Shown: piece by piece, positions 20,887-30,944 of the stretch
Position numbering within the stretch: position 1 is the first letter of the stretch
Layout: each line of letters starts with the position of its first letter
Origin: Candidatus Zambryskibacteria bacterium RIFCSPLOWO2_02_FULL_51_21
GTDB lineage: Bacteria > Patescibacteriota > Minisyncoccia > Phycocordibacterales > Zambryskibacteraceae
Length of the DNA: 64,000 nt
Direction of reading: 5' to 3'
NCBI GenBank assembly: GCA_001824255.1
Contig: MHWQ01000002.1
Span: 205,446-269,445 of the forward strand
The notes under the pieces: model-generated
What the model was told of the DNA's origin: nothing
Seen by the model: the letters and a program-made list of their open reading frames with translations, nothing else
Database searches by the model: none
Made by a program: the position numbers and the translations under genes

Positions 20887-21230
20887 ACGAATTCGATTAC
20901 GGCCATCTGGGCGCCATCCGACTTCCTTCTCACCATCTTGGTGATGCGAAGGTATCCGCCGGAGCGGCTCTTGTAGGTTTGTGAGATGTCGGCTGCGATT
21001 TTCTTCGCGGCCTGCACTCCGACTCGGGAAGTGAGCAGCCTCTTGGAAGCGGGAGTTTCTTTCTTGCCGAGCGTGACGAGCTTCTCCATGAAGGGGCGAA
21101 GTTCCTTGGCCTTGGCCTCGGTCGTCTTGATCTTCCCCTTGAGCGCAAGCGAATGCGCGAGAGATTTCATCAGAGCCCTTCTCTGGTTTGTCTTCCGGCC
21201 GAATTTTCTGTGGGCTCTGTGGAATGCCAT
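20883..21230 (-). CDS. rplQ: 50S ribosomal protein L17
   Basis: IKTTEAKAKE, GGYLRI, DGAQMAVIE. Confidence 0.96.
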   Translation of the reverse strand: MAFHRAHRKFGRKTNQRRALMKSLAHSLALKGKIKTTEAKAKELRPFMEKLVTLGKKETPASKRLLTSRVGVQAAKKIAADISQTYKSRSGGYLRITKMVRRKSDGAQMAVIEFV

Positions 21231-21231
21231 G

Positions 21232-22194
21232 TTATTTCAAAGTAATGCCGTATTCACCGAGCGCTTTCCTGATTTCCTGGATGCCCTTGGCGCCAAGACC
21301 CTCTATCTCGAGAAGGTCTTTCTCCTTCTTCCTGGCAAGACCCCCGACGGTCCTGATGTTCGCGTCCGCGAGAGCATGCTGGGCTCTGGAGCTGATGTCG
21401 AGAGACTCGACTCTGGTCTTAAGCACTTCTGGGTCAACTTCCGAACGGGCCGCCACGGGCGCGCTGATTGTCGCCTTCGGTTCCTCTTCCGAAGGCAGCT
21501 CTTCCTTGAAGCCGACAACCGCCTTGAGCTGGTTAATCATAACCTCGATAGCATAGGTAAGAGCCTCGGTCGGAGTGATGGTGCCGTCCGTCTCGATCGA
21601 GATGCGGAGTTTGTTGAAGTCGGTCCTGTCGCCGACGCGCATGTTCTCGACTTCGTAGCTCGCGCGGCGGATGGGAGTGAAGATGCCGTCAAGCGCTATA
21701 GTGCCGATATCGACGCGGGACTTGTCGATCATTTCCTTCGGCATGAAGCCGAGGCCCTTCTCGGCCCTAATCTCCATATCAATCGAAGCCGATTTGGAAG
21801 TGAGAGTGGCCAAGCTCACATTCGGAGTGAGAATCTCCACCTGTCCGGGCACCTCGAGGTCCTTGGCGGTGAGCGCCTTCTCACCCTTGGCCTTGAGATA
21901 AAGCGTCTGCGGTTCGTCAGTGGTGAAGCGCATGCGAACCTTTTTAAGATTAAGGAGGATGGTTACCACATCCTCCTTGACTCCGTCGAGCGTCGAGAAT
22001 TCGTGAGAAACGCCGGCAATCTTGACCGAGGTAATGGCCACTCCGGGAAGCGAGGAGAGAATGATGCGCCTCAGACTGTTGCCGAGCGTGTGGCCGTAGC
22101 CCGGGTAAAGGCCCTCAATTTCGAAGATTCCACTTTCTCCCTCTTCTGAAACCACTCGGGGCTTCGAGGGCAGATGTATTGTGTAGTCGGCCAT
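21232..22194 (-). CDS. rpoA: RNA polymerase alpha subunit
   Basis: GYGHTLGNSLRRIILSS, HEFSTL.GVKEDV, alpha-CTD. Confidence 0.97.
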   Translation of the reverse strand: MADYTIHLPSKPRVVSEEGESGIFEIEGLYPGYGHTLGNSLRRIILSSLPGVAITSVKIAGVSHEFSTLDGVKEDVVTILLNLKKVRMRFTTDEPQTLYLKAKGEKALTAKDLEVPGQVEILTPNVSLATLTSKSASIDMEIRAEKGLGFMPKEMIDKSRVDIGTIALDGIFTPIRRASYEVENMRVGDRTDFNKLRISIETDGTITPTEALTYAIEVMINQLKAVVGFKEELPSEEEPKATISAPVAARSEVDPEVLKTRVESLDISSRAQHALADANIRTVGGLARKKEKDLLEIEGLGAKGIQEIRKALGEYGITLK

Positions 22195-22218
22195 AAAATA
22201 TTGAAATTTAATGTTAAT

Positions 22219-22824
22219 TTACCTGTTATAGAACTCGATTACCACTCCCAGGTCGAAGAGATGCTCCGACGGCAGGTACACCGGCTCTCCCGCGACTGCG
22301 ACTGTCTTCTTCTCGGGGTCTGCCGTGAGCCACTCCGGGACGGTGAGAGCCTTCATTCTCTCCACTGCTTCGCCGAACAATGGCGAATCCGCGGAGCCGG
22401 CGCGCAAAGACACGACATCTCCGGCTGTAAGATGGATGGACGGAATAGTGACTTTCTTCCCGTTCACCAGCGTGTGCCCGTGGCTTGCCATCTGTCTCGC
22501 GCCGGCCCGCGTCTTGGCGAGGCCCGCGCGGTAGAGCACGTTGTCGAGACGCGTCTCGAGGAGAGCAAAGAGTTTCTGCACTGGCGTTGCTGAGGAAAGC
22601 GCCTTGTCCACATACACACGAAACTGTCTCTCGGTCAGACCGTAAGACAGCCTGGCCTTCTGCTTCTCGATGAGCGCCGTGCCGTACTCGCTCTTCTGCC
22701 GGCCGCGGCGCGGACCAGTCTTCTCTTTGCGCGAAAGAGAGAGAGCGTACTTGGCCGTCTGAGTCTTCTCGAAAATGGGAGCTCCAAGGCGGCGGGCTAT
22801 TTTGTATTTCGGTCCTATTTTCAT
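22219..22824 (-). CDS. rpsD: 30S ribosomal protein S4
   Basis: EKQK, LETRLDNVLYR, IEFYNR. Confidence 0.96.
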   Translation of the reverse strand: MKIGPKYKIARRLGAPIFEKTQTAKYALSLSRKEKTGPRRGRQKSEYGTALIEKQKARLSYGLTERQFRVYVDKALSSATPVQKLFALLETRLDNVLYRAGLAKTRAGARQMASHGHTLVNGKKVTIPSIHLTAGDVVSLRAGSADSPLFGEAVERMKALTVPEWLTADPEKKTVAVAGEPVYLPSEHLFDLGVVIEFYNR

Positions 22825-22825
22825 A

Positions 22826-23281
22826 TTAATTTCTTCGGGGCTTAGGCGGCTTGGGGCCGTTGTGAGGCACCGGTGTCATATCCTGGATGGAAGTGAGATT
22901 GATACCCTTGGAAATGAAGCCTCTGATAGCCGACTCCCGGCCCGAACCGACCCCTTTGACCACGACTCTCACTTCCTTCACCCCCAGAGTGGCAGCCACG
23001 GCAGCGAGTGTCTCCCCCACCTTGGCGGCGGCGAAGGGTGTGCCCTTCTTTGCCCCCTTGAAACCAAGCGCCCCGGAGGAAGACCAGGCGAGCGTCCCGC
23101 CCTTATTGTCGGTGAGAGCGAGCTTGGTATTGTTATAAGTCGATTCTACGCAGAGAACGCCTGAGTCAACTCGACGCTTGGAAGATTTCTTGGCTTCGGC
23201 GGCGGGCGCGGCTCCTGCCACAACCTCTCCAGTTGTCTTGTCGGGGACCTCTTCTGCTGTAACGATTTTTTTCTTACCCAT
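22826..23281 (-). CDS. rpsK: 30S ribosomal protein S11
   Basis: STYNNT, GFKGAKKGTPFAA, TPVPHNG. Confidence 0.97.
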   Translation of the reverse strand: MGKKKIVTAEEVPDKTTGEVVAGAAPAAEAKKSSKRRVDSGVLCVESTYNNTKLALTDNKGGTLAWSSSGALGFKGAKKGTPFAAAKVGETLAAVAATLGVKEVRVVVKGVGSGRESAIRGFISKGINLTSIQDMTPVPHNGPKPPKPRRN

Positions 23282-23292
23282 GCGTATTTAAA

Positions 23293-23676
23293 TTACTTCT
23301 TTTCCGCAATCTTCCTGCCCGTGCCCATGGTCTTCCTGCCGCGGTAAGGACGAGTGGTGCGGGAGTTCGACTTGGTGCGCTGTCCTTTGGTCGGAAGATT
23401 TCTTTGGTGTCTAACGCCGCGGTAGGCCTTGATGTCCTTCAAGCGCTTGACGTTCGCGGCCACTTCGCGCTTCAGGTCTCCTTCGAGCTGGAGCGATTCG
23501 ATGATGGCGCGGATTTTGTTCTCTTGTTCGACTGTAGTTTCCTTTCCTTTGGTGGCGTAAGGGACCTTGGCTTCATCAAGAACCTTCCTTGCGCGGGAAC
23601 GCCCGACTCCGTATAGGGTGGTCAGGCCGATTTCAAGACGCTTTTCCTCTGGAATGGTGATGCCGAGTAATCTCAT
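23293..23676 (-). CDS. rpsM: 30S ribosomal protein S13
   Basis: LTTLYGVG, EGDLKR, YRGVRH, GQRTKSNSRT. Confidence 0.97.
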   Translation of the reverse strand: MRLLGITIPEEKRLEIGLTTLYGVGRSRARKVLDEAKVPYATKGKETTVEQENKIRAIIESLQLEGDLKREVAANVKRLKDIKAYRGVRHQRNLPTKGQRTKSNSRTTRPYRGRKTMGTGRKIAEKK

Positions 23677-23792
23677 TAACCTTGTCTTTGTTTATGGCGG
23701 GGGTTGCCCTTGCAAACAACGTAAACATAGCCCTTCCTGCGGACTATCTGGCACTTTGAACACAATTTTCTTACCGCCGCCTTTACTTTCAT
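23676..23792 (-). CDS. rpmJ: 50S ribosomal protein L36 (not in ORF track)
   Basis: Hand translation [38 protein letters not shown]; lies between infA and rpsM. Confidence 0.96.
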   Translation of the reverse strand: MKVKAAVRKLCSKCQIVRRKGYVYVVCKGNPRHKQRQG

Positions 23793-23841
23793 GACGAATA
23801 GGCATTGTAACCCAACCTCGAAATTTTGGCAAGGTTTTGGC

Positions 23842-24060
23842 CTATAGTCGCTTAGTTATGCGGGCTTTACCGCCATATGGGTCCATTTCCATGATGACTT
23901 TGTCGCCCACCAGGACGCGGATTCTGTGCAGACGCATTTTGCCGGAGAGGTAAGCGAGAATCGGCTCGCCACCCTCTTCCAACTGCACTCGAAACATGAT
24001 GTTCGGGAGCGATTCCGTCACGACACCGGTCTTTTCTATCGGCTGATTATTATTTGCCAT
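23842..24060 (-). CDS. infA: Translation initiation factor IF-1
   Basis: [23 protein letters not shown]. Confidence 0.96.
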   Translation of the reverse strand: MANNNQPIEKTGVVTESLPNIMFRVQLEEGGEPILAYLSGKMRLHRIRVLVGDKVIMEMDPYGGKARITKRL

Positions 24061-25374
24061 TTACTGGGCAGGGAGTTTAACGACCTTTATCTTATCCGGT
24101 TTGTCGGGAAGCGAACTTTTCCAGAAAGGTCTGACCGTAATATTGGCGGCGGCAATGGTCGGGTAATTGTTGAGAATGCCCTGCACTTCGCTTTTGTTAT
24201 GACCGGCAAGGTCAGCTTTGAGCGCCACTTCGTCCGTAAGCCATACCACTTGCGCGGCGCCAGTAATCTTGAAGGAAATATCGCTCGATGAGAGAAGGTC
24301 CTCGGGCACCGCGGAGGCGAACGAGATATTGAGCGGAGAGTAGTCCGTAATTCCCACCGGTTCGGCCGGGCCTATGCCGAGTTTCTTCACGGCAAGGAAG
24401 CTCGCGAGGTCGCTTCTCTTGAACATTACCCCGTAGAAATGTCCTCTCATGTTCAAAACAACGCTCGCACCGGAGCCGGCTGTCTGCGGCAAGTCTTCGA
24501 AATCGAAGGTAGAGAGCGAGCGGAAAAGGACGAAGTCTTCCGGCACTTCCGCCTCGGCCTCGGTGTAGAGTTCCTCTTTGAGTGAAGCTTGGAGTGAAGA
24601 TTTGGCCACGACCAAATCTTCCGATTTGACCACTTTCTCCTTGCCTATGAAGCCGGCGGCGATAGGCGTCTTCGACCTGGCGTAGACGGACTCGAAGCGC
24701 GGAGTGCCCTTAAGACCTGGCACGGTGAAGTCGGTCGGAGCGCTGTTGTATGCTTCGCCTGCTTGGTCAGCGTACACCGTCGCTTCGACGCTGCCCGGCT
24801 GTGCCGAACCGCTGACCGTTTTCTTGGCTGGCACGGTTATGGGCTTATCTATGCGGTAAATTTTCCCGGCCGAAGATTCGAAACGCGTATTCACCACCAG
24901 GCGCTGAGCTTCCGCGCTGTCGTTATAAACGATGATGACGCCCGAGGCCTTCCTGCTCACGTCCTGCTCTCCGCCGGCGGCGGCGGCCATGCCCTTATCC
25001 CGGGAAAGTTTGACTACGCTGTAGAAAAGGCCGTTCGTTCCGGACTTGTGCGCGGTGTAAACATCTTCCTTGAAAGCGAGTGCGGCTGACTTGGGCGTGT
25101 AGCTCAAGGTCGCGCCGTTGAAGAAAGACAGGGCGGCAAAAACAAGTATAAGAAAGGCCACAATACTAGCCCAAAAGATTCTTTTCCTCGACCCTCTTCT
25201 GTGTCTAGGTATAGGGGTACGGACGGGCGGCAGTCCCGGTTCCGATTCTTCTTCCGGCCTTTTTGTATCTTGTATCTTGGTTCTTGCTTCCTTTCTCCTG
25301 CTTTCCGGAACAGGAATATCCCGGATGCTCCTTTTTCTGTCCGGAATGACAATATCCTCGATTTTTTTCGGCAT
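24061..25374 (-). CDS. Single-TM hypothetical protein with a large beta-rich extracytoplasmic region
   Basis: Long ORF with a basic N-terminus and TM helix, KASGVIIVYN...PGSVEATVYAD; resembles CPR proteins sometimes labelled baseplate-J-like (unverified). Confidence 0.6.
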   Translation of the reverse strand: MPKKIEDIVIPDRKRSIRDIPVPESRRKEARTKIQDTKRPEEESEPGLPPVRTPIPRHRRGSRKRIFWASIVAFLILVFAALSFFNGATLSYTPKSAALAFKEDVYTAHKSGTNGLFYSVVKLSRDKGMAAAAGGEQDVSRKASGVIIVYNDSAEAQRLVVNTRFESSAGKIYRIDKPITVPAKKTVSGSAQPGSVEATVYADQAGEAYNSAPTDFTVPGLKGTPRFESVYARSKTPIAAGFIGKEKVVKSEDLVVAKSSLQASLKEELYTEAEAEVPEDFVLFRSLSTFDFEDLPQTAGSGASVVLNMRGHFYGVMFKRSDLASFLAVKKLGIGPAEPVGITDYSPLNISFASAVPEDLLSSSDISFKITGAAQVVWLTDEVALKADLAGHNKSEVQGILNNYPTIAAANITVRPFWKSSLPDKPDKIKVVKLPAQ

Positions 25375-25378
25375 AAGA

Positions 25379-26914
25379 CTATTCTAACACAGCTTTTATG
25401 CGACGCACGCCGGCGGAGGAGGATTCTTCGTTGGTAATGCGGAAATGTCCAAGCTCGGCGGTAGAATTCACGTGCGGCCCGCCGCAGAATTCTTTCGAGT
25501 AATCACCGATAGAATAGACGCTTACCTCCTCCGGATACTTCTGGTCGAAGAAGTGCCGGGCGCCGATTTTTTCTGCCTCAGCTTTCGGCATGACAGCCTT
25601 ATTCACAGGTAGAGCTTCGGAAATCTTCTCGTTCACAATCTCTTCGACCTTCTTCTTTTCTTCTTCCGTCAGTTTGCGTTGGAAGGAAAAGTCGAATCGC
25701 AGCCGCTCCGGCGTAATGTTGCTGCCTTTTTGCATCACTTCATCTCCGAGCACATCGTGAAGCGCCTGGTGCAAGAGGTGTGTGGCGGTATGAAGCTTAA
25801 CCTCCATCTCCCCGTGCCCCGCAAGCCCGCCTTTGAATTTTTGCTCTGCACCTGCACGGGAGATTTCCTTATGTTGTTTGAATTTTTCCGCAAAATCTTT
25901 TTCATCGACTTCCACGCCAAGTTCTTTGATTAATTCGACCGGAAATCCATAGGAAGTAAACAATACGAAGGGGTCTTCTCCTTCTTTCAACTTCTTCAAA
26001 CCGGCTTCCAGAGTCTCGTCAAACTTGTTTGATTCTTGTTTAAAGACTTCGGACTCAACCGGTATTTCGAGCTGGTAACGATTTTTATACAAAAGGACGC
26101 GTCGCATGAGCCTGCGCAGAACATAACCCTGGTCTTTGTTGGAAGGAATTAGACCTTCTTCAAGCAGGGCATTGATGGCGCGGGAGTGGTCAGCCACAAT
26201 TCCCTCTTCGCGAGTTTTAGGGTGGGAGGGGAAAAGATCGGTTTCGAAAAGATTGGAAACATTTTGCGAAACCATTGTGAGGCGTTCCAGGCCCATGCCC
26301 GTATCAATGCCTTTTATATCGAGCGGCTTGAGTGATTTGTCGCGGTTGCAATAAAACTCGTTGAAAACAATGTTCCAAATCTCAATGCCGTTCACGTAAA
26401 TCTCGGTCGTCGGACCGCAAGGTCCCTCCTCTCCCGTTGGGCCCCAGAAATTATCTTCTCTGCCGGCTTTTCTTATTTCCAGACTTGAATCAATCGATTT
26501 CCAAATCTCCGCCGATTCTTTGTCTTCCGGCACGCCCGGTTCGCCGGCAAAAACAGAGACGTAATCAATCTTTAATCCCATCTCTCTCGTAATAAATTCG
26601 TGCGCGTACTCAATCGCCTCCTTCTTCCAGTATCCGCCGAAGGAGAAGTTGCCGAGCATCTCGAAGAAGGTCAGGTGGCTTTCATCCCCCACCTCGTCAA
26701 TATCAGAGGTGCGAACGCATTTCTGGACCGAAGCGACGTTTTTGCCATACGGCGATTCCTTGCCGAGATAGTAGGGCTTGAACTGCTGCATCCCGGCCGT
26801 AGTGAAGAGCACGGACGAATCCCCTTCCGGCACAAGCGGAGACGACGGCACTACTTTGTGCCCCTTGCTTTCGAAAAATTTTAGAAATTTATCCCGTATT
26901 TCAGAAGACAACAT
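25379..26914 (-). CDS. alaS: Alanine--tRNA ligase (short; lacks C-Ala domain)
   Basis: FTTAGMQQFK, TFFEMLGNFSFG, DTGMGLER, editing HTATH and CGGPH. Confidence 0.94.
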   Translation of the reverse strand: MLSSEIRDKFLKFFESKGHKVVPSSPLVPEGDSSVLFTTAGMQQFKPYYLGKESPYGKNVASVQKCVRTSDIDEVGDESHLTFFEMLGNFSFGGYWKKEAIEYAHEFITREMGLKIDYVSVFAGEPGVPEDKESAEIWKSIDSSLEIRKAGREDNFWGPTGEEGPCGPTTEIYVNGIEIWNIVFNEFYCNRDKSLKPLDIKGIDTGMGLERLTMVSQNVSNLFETDLFPSHPKTREEGIVADHSRAINALLEEGLIPSNKDQGYVLRRLMRRVLLYKNRYQLEIPVESEVFKQESNKFDETLEAGLKKLKEGEDPFVLFTSYGFPVELIKELGVEVDEKDFAEKFKQHKEISRAGAEQKFKGGLAGHGEMEVKLHTATHLLHQALHDVLGDEVMQKGSNITPERLRFDFSFQRKLTEEEKKKVEEIVNEKISEALPVNKAVMPKAEAEKIGARHFFDQKYPEEVSVYSIGDYSKEFCGGPHVNSTAELGHFRITNEESSSAGVRRIKAVLE

Positions 26915-26951
26915 GGAAAGAATATACCATATTTATAAACGAAACGGCCCC

Positions 26952-27104
26952 TCACCATCGGGTGAAGGGCCAGGGAGCTATGCCAGGACGGAACGTGGCG
27001 AGCCGCGTGACGTAGCGGCCCCAGTCACCCCCGAGTTCCTGCAAGAACCGACGAAGACGATGCAGCCGATAACGAACGGGCGCGCGCCGGATCGTATAGT
27101 CCAT
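26952..27104 (-). CDS. Small Arg-rich orphan peptide (50 aa; not in ORF track)
   Basis: AAAGGAG SD before ATG; MDYTIRRAPVRYRLHRLRRFLQELGGDWGRYVTRLATFRPGIAPWPFTRW; hairpin at 26946-26971. Confidence 0.5.
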   Translation of the reverse strand: MDYTIRRAPVRYRLHRLRRFLQELGGDWGRYVTRLATFRPGIAPWPFTRW

Positions 27105-27143
27105 GCGGTCTCCTTTGTAATCTTTCCCTATTATCCCACAACC

Positions 27144-27725
27144 CTACAAATTTGCAAGCGCTTTGAAATCCTCCTTGAGAGTACTCATGAGATGCTGGTT
27201 ATAGATAGCCGCCGCGGGGTGGTAAAGAGGAATGAATTTAAATCCTTCCGCCTGGAAAACTTGGCCGTGAAGTTTTGAAATAGTGTCGAGTTCGAAGTCG
27301 AGACCGTAGTGGGTCATGACGTAAGCCATGGAAAATCGCCCGAGCGTGGCAATAATTTTCGGCTGAATTATTTTGATTTGCCTGTCGAGAAACGGCGCGT
27401 ACGCCGCGATTTCATCCGGCAAGGGGTCGCGGTTGCCCGGCGGGCGGTCTTTTACAATATTGGTGACATACACATCTTTCCTCTCGATGCCGACACTCTG
27501 TAGAAGGTCGTCCAGCACTTTTCCAGCCCTTCCGCAGAAGGGCCGGCCGGTCTTGGCCTCATTCTCTCCCGGCGCCTCGCCCACGAACATGATGTCCGCC
27601 CTATGATTCCCTTCGCCAATGACCGGAAAATATTTATTCTCCACCCTCTCGGCATAAAGCGGCGAGGAAACGAGATTCAAAATTTCGTTTTTTATTTTCT
27701 TAAGCTCCTCTTCCCTTTCATCCAT
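27144..27725 (-). CDS. Uracil-DNA glycosylase family 4
   Basis: GEAPG..E...GRPFCGRAG, TNIVK.RPP.NRDP, YHPAA. Confidence 0.92.
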   Translation of the reverse strand: MDEREEELKKIKNEILNLVSSPLYAERVENKYFPVIGEGNHRADIMFVGEAPGENEAKTGRPFCGRAGKVLDDLLQSVGIERKDVYVTNIVKDRPPGNRDPLPDEIAAYAPFLDRQIKIIQPKIIATLGRFSMAYVMTHYGLDFELDTISKLHGQVFQAEGFKFIPLYHPAAAIYNQHLMSTLKEDFKALANL

Positions 27726-28137
27726 CGCGCCTGTTTGGAATTAATTTGTGTTCTATGAACCAGAATAGCGTGAAGGCGATAAGTGTGGCGAGAGTGGCGA
27801 AAACCGCGAGCGAGATAAGTCCGTAGCCCGCCGCCATGCCGATGCCGGCCGCCACCCAGAGCCCGGCCGCCGTAGTGAGCCCCTGCAGAGTCGAGTCTTT
27901 GAAAACAATCACTCCGCCGCAGAGGAAGCCGATGCCCATGACAACGCCCGCCGCAATACGCATAGGGTCGTAGTTGAAAGTCTCAACGGTCGGGATGATG
28001 TATTTCGCAATAGTAATAAAGAGGGCCGAACCCATCGAGACGAGGCCAAAGGTTCTCACCCCCGCGCTCTTGTGGGCGATGGAGCGTTCGAGGCCGAGAA
28101 GCGAACCGAGCATGAGCGCCAGCAGAAGATTTATCAT
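27718..28137 (-). CDS. MgtC/SapB family membrane protein
   Basis: GLER, AGVRT, RIAA.VVMGIGFL.GG, GLTTAAGLW. Confidence 0.92.
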   Translation of the reverse strand: MINLLLALMLGSLLGLERSIAHKSAGVRTFGLVSMGSALFITIAKYIIPTVETFNYDPMRIAAGVVMGIGFLCGGVIVFKDSTLQGLTTAAGLWVAAGIGMAAGYGLISLAVFATLATLIAFTLFWFIEHKLIPNRRDG

Positions 28138-29009
28138 TTAAGTTCGTTTATTTCATTAATAACCTGTTCCGGCGCGAAGCCGGGACCTAAAATTTTGCCA
28201 AGCATTTCCGGATGCTCCTTAATCTTCGAGCAGAGCACTACTCCGCCGGCGAGTAATTGTGTCTTCTCGGTGTCGGAAAGAGTGGTAAGACAAGTCACGG
28301 GGTGGAGACCTTCTTCTTCTATCATATCCTGGAGATTGCCCTTCTCCGGATAATTCCAGCCGATAAGGGTCATCGAATTGCATTCCGCGTAGTGTATGGC
28401 GGTCGAGGAAAACTTGGTGTTGGTGACAAGCCAGCCGTCGCTTATTTTCCTGTTCCTGCCGCCGTAATCGTAGACATTGTCCTTGAGGTCGTCGAAGCGC
28501 GCCTTGACATAAAGCACCACCTTGAGGTCGGACTTGGTGCCGAGCTCGTTGTGGAACTTGGCTTCAATCATGATGAGCTTCTTCTCGTTCCAGGCCACCA
28601 CATCCACTTCGTGCGGCACACAGCCGCCGATAACCGTCTGGCGGGTGGCGCACTCATAGCCCTTGGCTCGGAGAACTTCCGCCACGAAATCTTCGAACGG
28701 AAAGCCGGAAGGCCCCAAGTCCATGACCGCGCGGCGGAGCGAATAGCTTCTCGCCGCGTGGCGGGAGAGACCGGCGAGAATCTTGAAGGCATGGCGATAG
28801 ATGTCGTGCGTCGACATGCCGCTTTTGAGTTCCGGCACAAGGTGAGTTAGAACCTTTTCGGCCTCTTCGACGGACGCGCCAGAATTAAGAAGCGAGAAAC
28901 GCAGTTTCTCGGGGTCGAAAGCTTCGTGCTTACCGCTCGCCTTAACGATGGTTATCGTATTGGCGCCGAGCACCTTCTCTTCTTTCTCCAATTCCGCCGT
29001 ATTTGGCAT
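28134..29009 (-). CDS. ATP-cone domain plus PD-(D/E)xK (Mrr-like) nuclease
   Basis: IVKASG.HEAFD.EKL (ATP cone); FE..V, EVDV, IEAK. Confidence 0.8.
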   Translation of the reverse strand: MPNTAELEKEEKVLGANTITIVKASGKHEAFDPEKLRFSLLNSGASVEEAEKVLTHLVPELKSGMSTHDIYRHAFKILAGLSRHAARSYSLRRAVMDLGPSGFPFEDFVAEVLRAKGYECATRQTVIGGCVPHEVDVVAWNEKKLIMIEAKFHNELGTKSDLKVVLYVKARFDDLKDNVYDYGGRNRKISDGWLVTNTKFSSTAIHYAECNSMTLIGWNYPEKGNLQDMIEEEGLHPVTCLTTLSDTEKTQLLAGGVVLCSKIKEHPEMLGKILGPGFAPEQVINEINELK

Positions 29010-29021
29010 GAAAATATTATA

Positions 29022-30101
29022 TCAGGAAATAATTTTATCCATTATTCCGCCGCCGAGGAGGTTGCCGTTCTCATAAAAGACCAGCGATTGGCCGAGGGAA
29101 AGACCCCGAACAGGGGTCTTGAATTCCACAGACAACCTGCGACCGACAACTGACAACCTTATCGGCAGTTTTTCGCCGCGATAACGGACTTGACCTGTGA
29201 GCTCGGGCGATTCGGGCTCCCTAATCCAGTTCACGTTTTTCAGAATAATTTTTCTCGGGGAGAATTCGAGAATCTCCGACTCTTCGTCCGAAACGACGAG
29301 AGTGTTCGTGTCCGCATCCTTCGCCACTATGTAGAACGGCCCGTTGTCGGCTCCTTTCTGTGTCACTTCGAATCCTTTGCGCTCGCCCACGGTGTAGTAA
29401 GGAAGCCCGTCGTGCCGGCCGATTACCGCTCCTTCCGTATTCATAACCTTGCCTCTCTTCGCTTTTACATAATGCGAGAGAAATTCTTCCATGGAAACAT
29501 TGCCCATGAAGCAGATGCCCTGGCTGTCCTTCTTCTCGGCGACCGGCAGGTTGTATTTCTTGGCTAATTTTCTCACTTCCGATTTTTCCATGTGGCCAAC
29601 CGGAAAAATAGTGTGGGAAAAATCGTCCGGAGTAAGCATCCAGAGGAAATACGATTGGTCTTTCTCGCCGGAGAGATAATGCCCAGTCGCGATGAAGTCC
29701 GCACCAAGCTCCTTCGCTTTATTCCAGAAGACGCCGAACTTAATCTCCTTGTTGCAAAGTACGTCCGGGTTGGGCGTACGGCCGGCTTTGTACTCGGCAA
29801 TCATCTTATCCACGACATCTTTCTTGTATTCCGCTTCCGCGTCGAGGAAAAGGAATGGTATACCGAGAGTGAGGCATATTTTCATCGCATCCCTTCTCTC
29901 CTCTCTCCAGGTGCAAGAAAGCCACTCCGGCTGCCAGGCGCGTATAAAGACTCCCGTCACGTCGTAACCCTGCTCCTTGAGCAGAGCCGCCGAAACGGCG
30001 GAATCCACGCCACCGGAAAGTCCGACGAAAACCCTCGGGCGTAGCCCTATGGGCAAGTCCTTAGTTCGAGAGATATTTCGCGATATTGGCTTTGTGTTCA
30101 T
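29022..30101 (-). CDS. mnmA: tRNA 2-thiouridylase
   Basis: SGGVDS, TPNPDVLCN, ATGHY, KDQSYFL, DSQGICF; the true start is uncertain (possibly the TTG near 30056). Confidence 0.93.
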   Translation of the reverse strand: MNTKPISRNISRTKDLPIGLRPRVFVGLSGGVDSAVSAALLKEQGYDVTGVFIRAWQPEWLSCTWREERRDAMKICLTLGIPFLFLDAEAEYKKDVVDKMIAEYKAGRTPNPDVLCNKEIKFGVFWNKAKELGADFIATGHYLSGEKDQSYFLWMLTPDDFSHTIFPVGHMEKSEVRKLAKKYNLPVAEKKDSQGICFMGNVSMEEFLSHYVKAKRGKVMNTEGAVIGRHDGLPYYTVGERKGFEVTQKGADNGPFYIVAKDADTNTLVVSDEESEILEFSPRKIILKNVNWIREPESPELTGQVRYRGEKLPIRLSVVGRRLSVEFKTPVRGLSLGQSLVFYENGNLLGGGIMDKIIS

Positions 30102-30942
30102 CGAAGGTCTTGGAATAATGCATCTTGCCGTCCTTGCCCGTCAAATAATAGAGATAGGGCGTCGAAGTCGGATGTATGGCGGCACGGATAGAGGCTAATC
30201 CTGGATTATTTATGGGCGCTTCGGGCAGGCCGGGGAATTCGTAAGTTTTCGCCTCCACATCGACCTGCAAGGCCATGCCGAGTTTGAGGCGCTTCCAGAG
30301 AATGCCGGAGACAATTTCGCGGTCTATCTGATTGTTCGTCTCCCCTTCTATGAGCGAGGCCATGGCGATGATGTCCTCAAGCTCTTTGCCGGAAGCTTCA
30401 ATCTCCGGCATAACCGGGAAAATTTTCCTGATGAAATTGTCACGCATAATCTTCATCGTCGAGGTGGCGGTAGATGTCACCGGCATGAAGTACGTGTCAG
30501 GGAATAGGTATCCCTCTGGCGCCGTTTTCTTGAACAATGAGTTGTCGAAGAACGGAAAGCGGTCATCGAAAAGGGCCGAAATTTTCTCCACCGTGAATCC
30601 TTCCGGCACGGTAATCTTCATCGATTCGATGCCGTAGCTGCCGCGCCTAATCCTCCAGGCAATAATGAAAGGGCTCTGCGGGCGTTCGAAATAATACTGG
30701 CCCGCCTTCATGTCCCGCTCGCCACCAAGAAATATGGCGGCTGTGCGGAACCAGAAGGGTGAGCGGATGACATTCTGCTTTTCTAAATCAAGAGAAAGAG
30801 TCTGGAGGCCTAAACCTTCAGCCACGTTAATGATCGAACCGGCAGGAAAATTGCCCGGCGGAGTTAGAAAACTGGCCGCGCCTATAACGACAGCAATCCC
30901 CAAGAAAAATAGAAGAATCTTTACGGTCTGTGATTCTTGCAT
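30061..30942 (-). CDS. mltG: Endolytic transglycosylase MltG
   Basis: ITVPEG, EGYLFPDTY, MASLIE.E, GLPEAPINNPG; start reset to MQESQ because the longer ORF overlaps the upstream gene. Confidence 0.9.
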   Translation of the reverse strand: MQESQTVKILLFFLGIAVVIGAASFLTPPGNFPAGSIINVAEGLGLQTLSLDLEKQNVIRSPFWFRTAAIFLGGERDMKAGQYYFERPQSPFIIAWRIRRGSYGIESMKITVPEGFTVEKISALFDDRFPFFDNSLFKKTAPEGYLFPDTYFMPVTSTATSTMKIMRDNFIRKIFPVMPEIEASGKELEDIIAMASLIEGETNNQIDREIVSGILWKRLKLGMALQVDVEAKTYEFPGLPEAPINNPGLASIRAAIHPTSTPYLYYLTGKDGKMHYSKTFDEHKANIAKYLSN

Positions 30943-30944
30943 CG

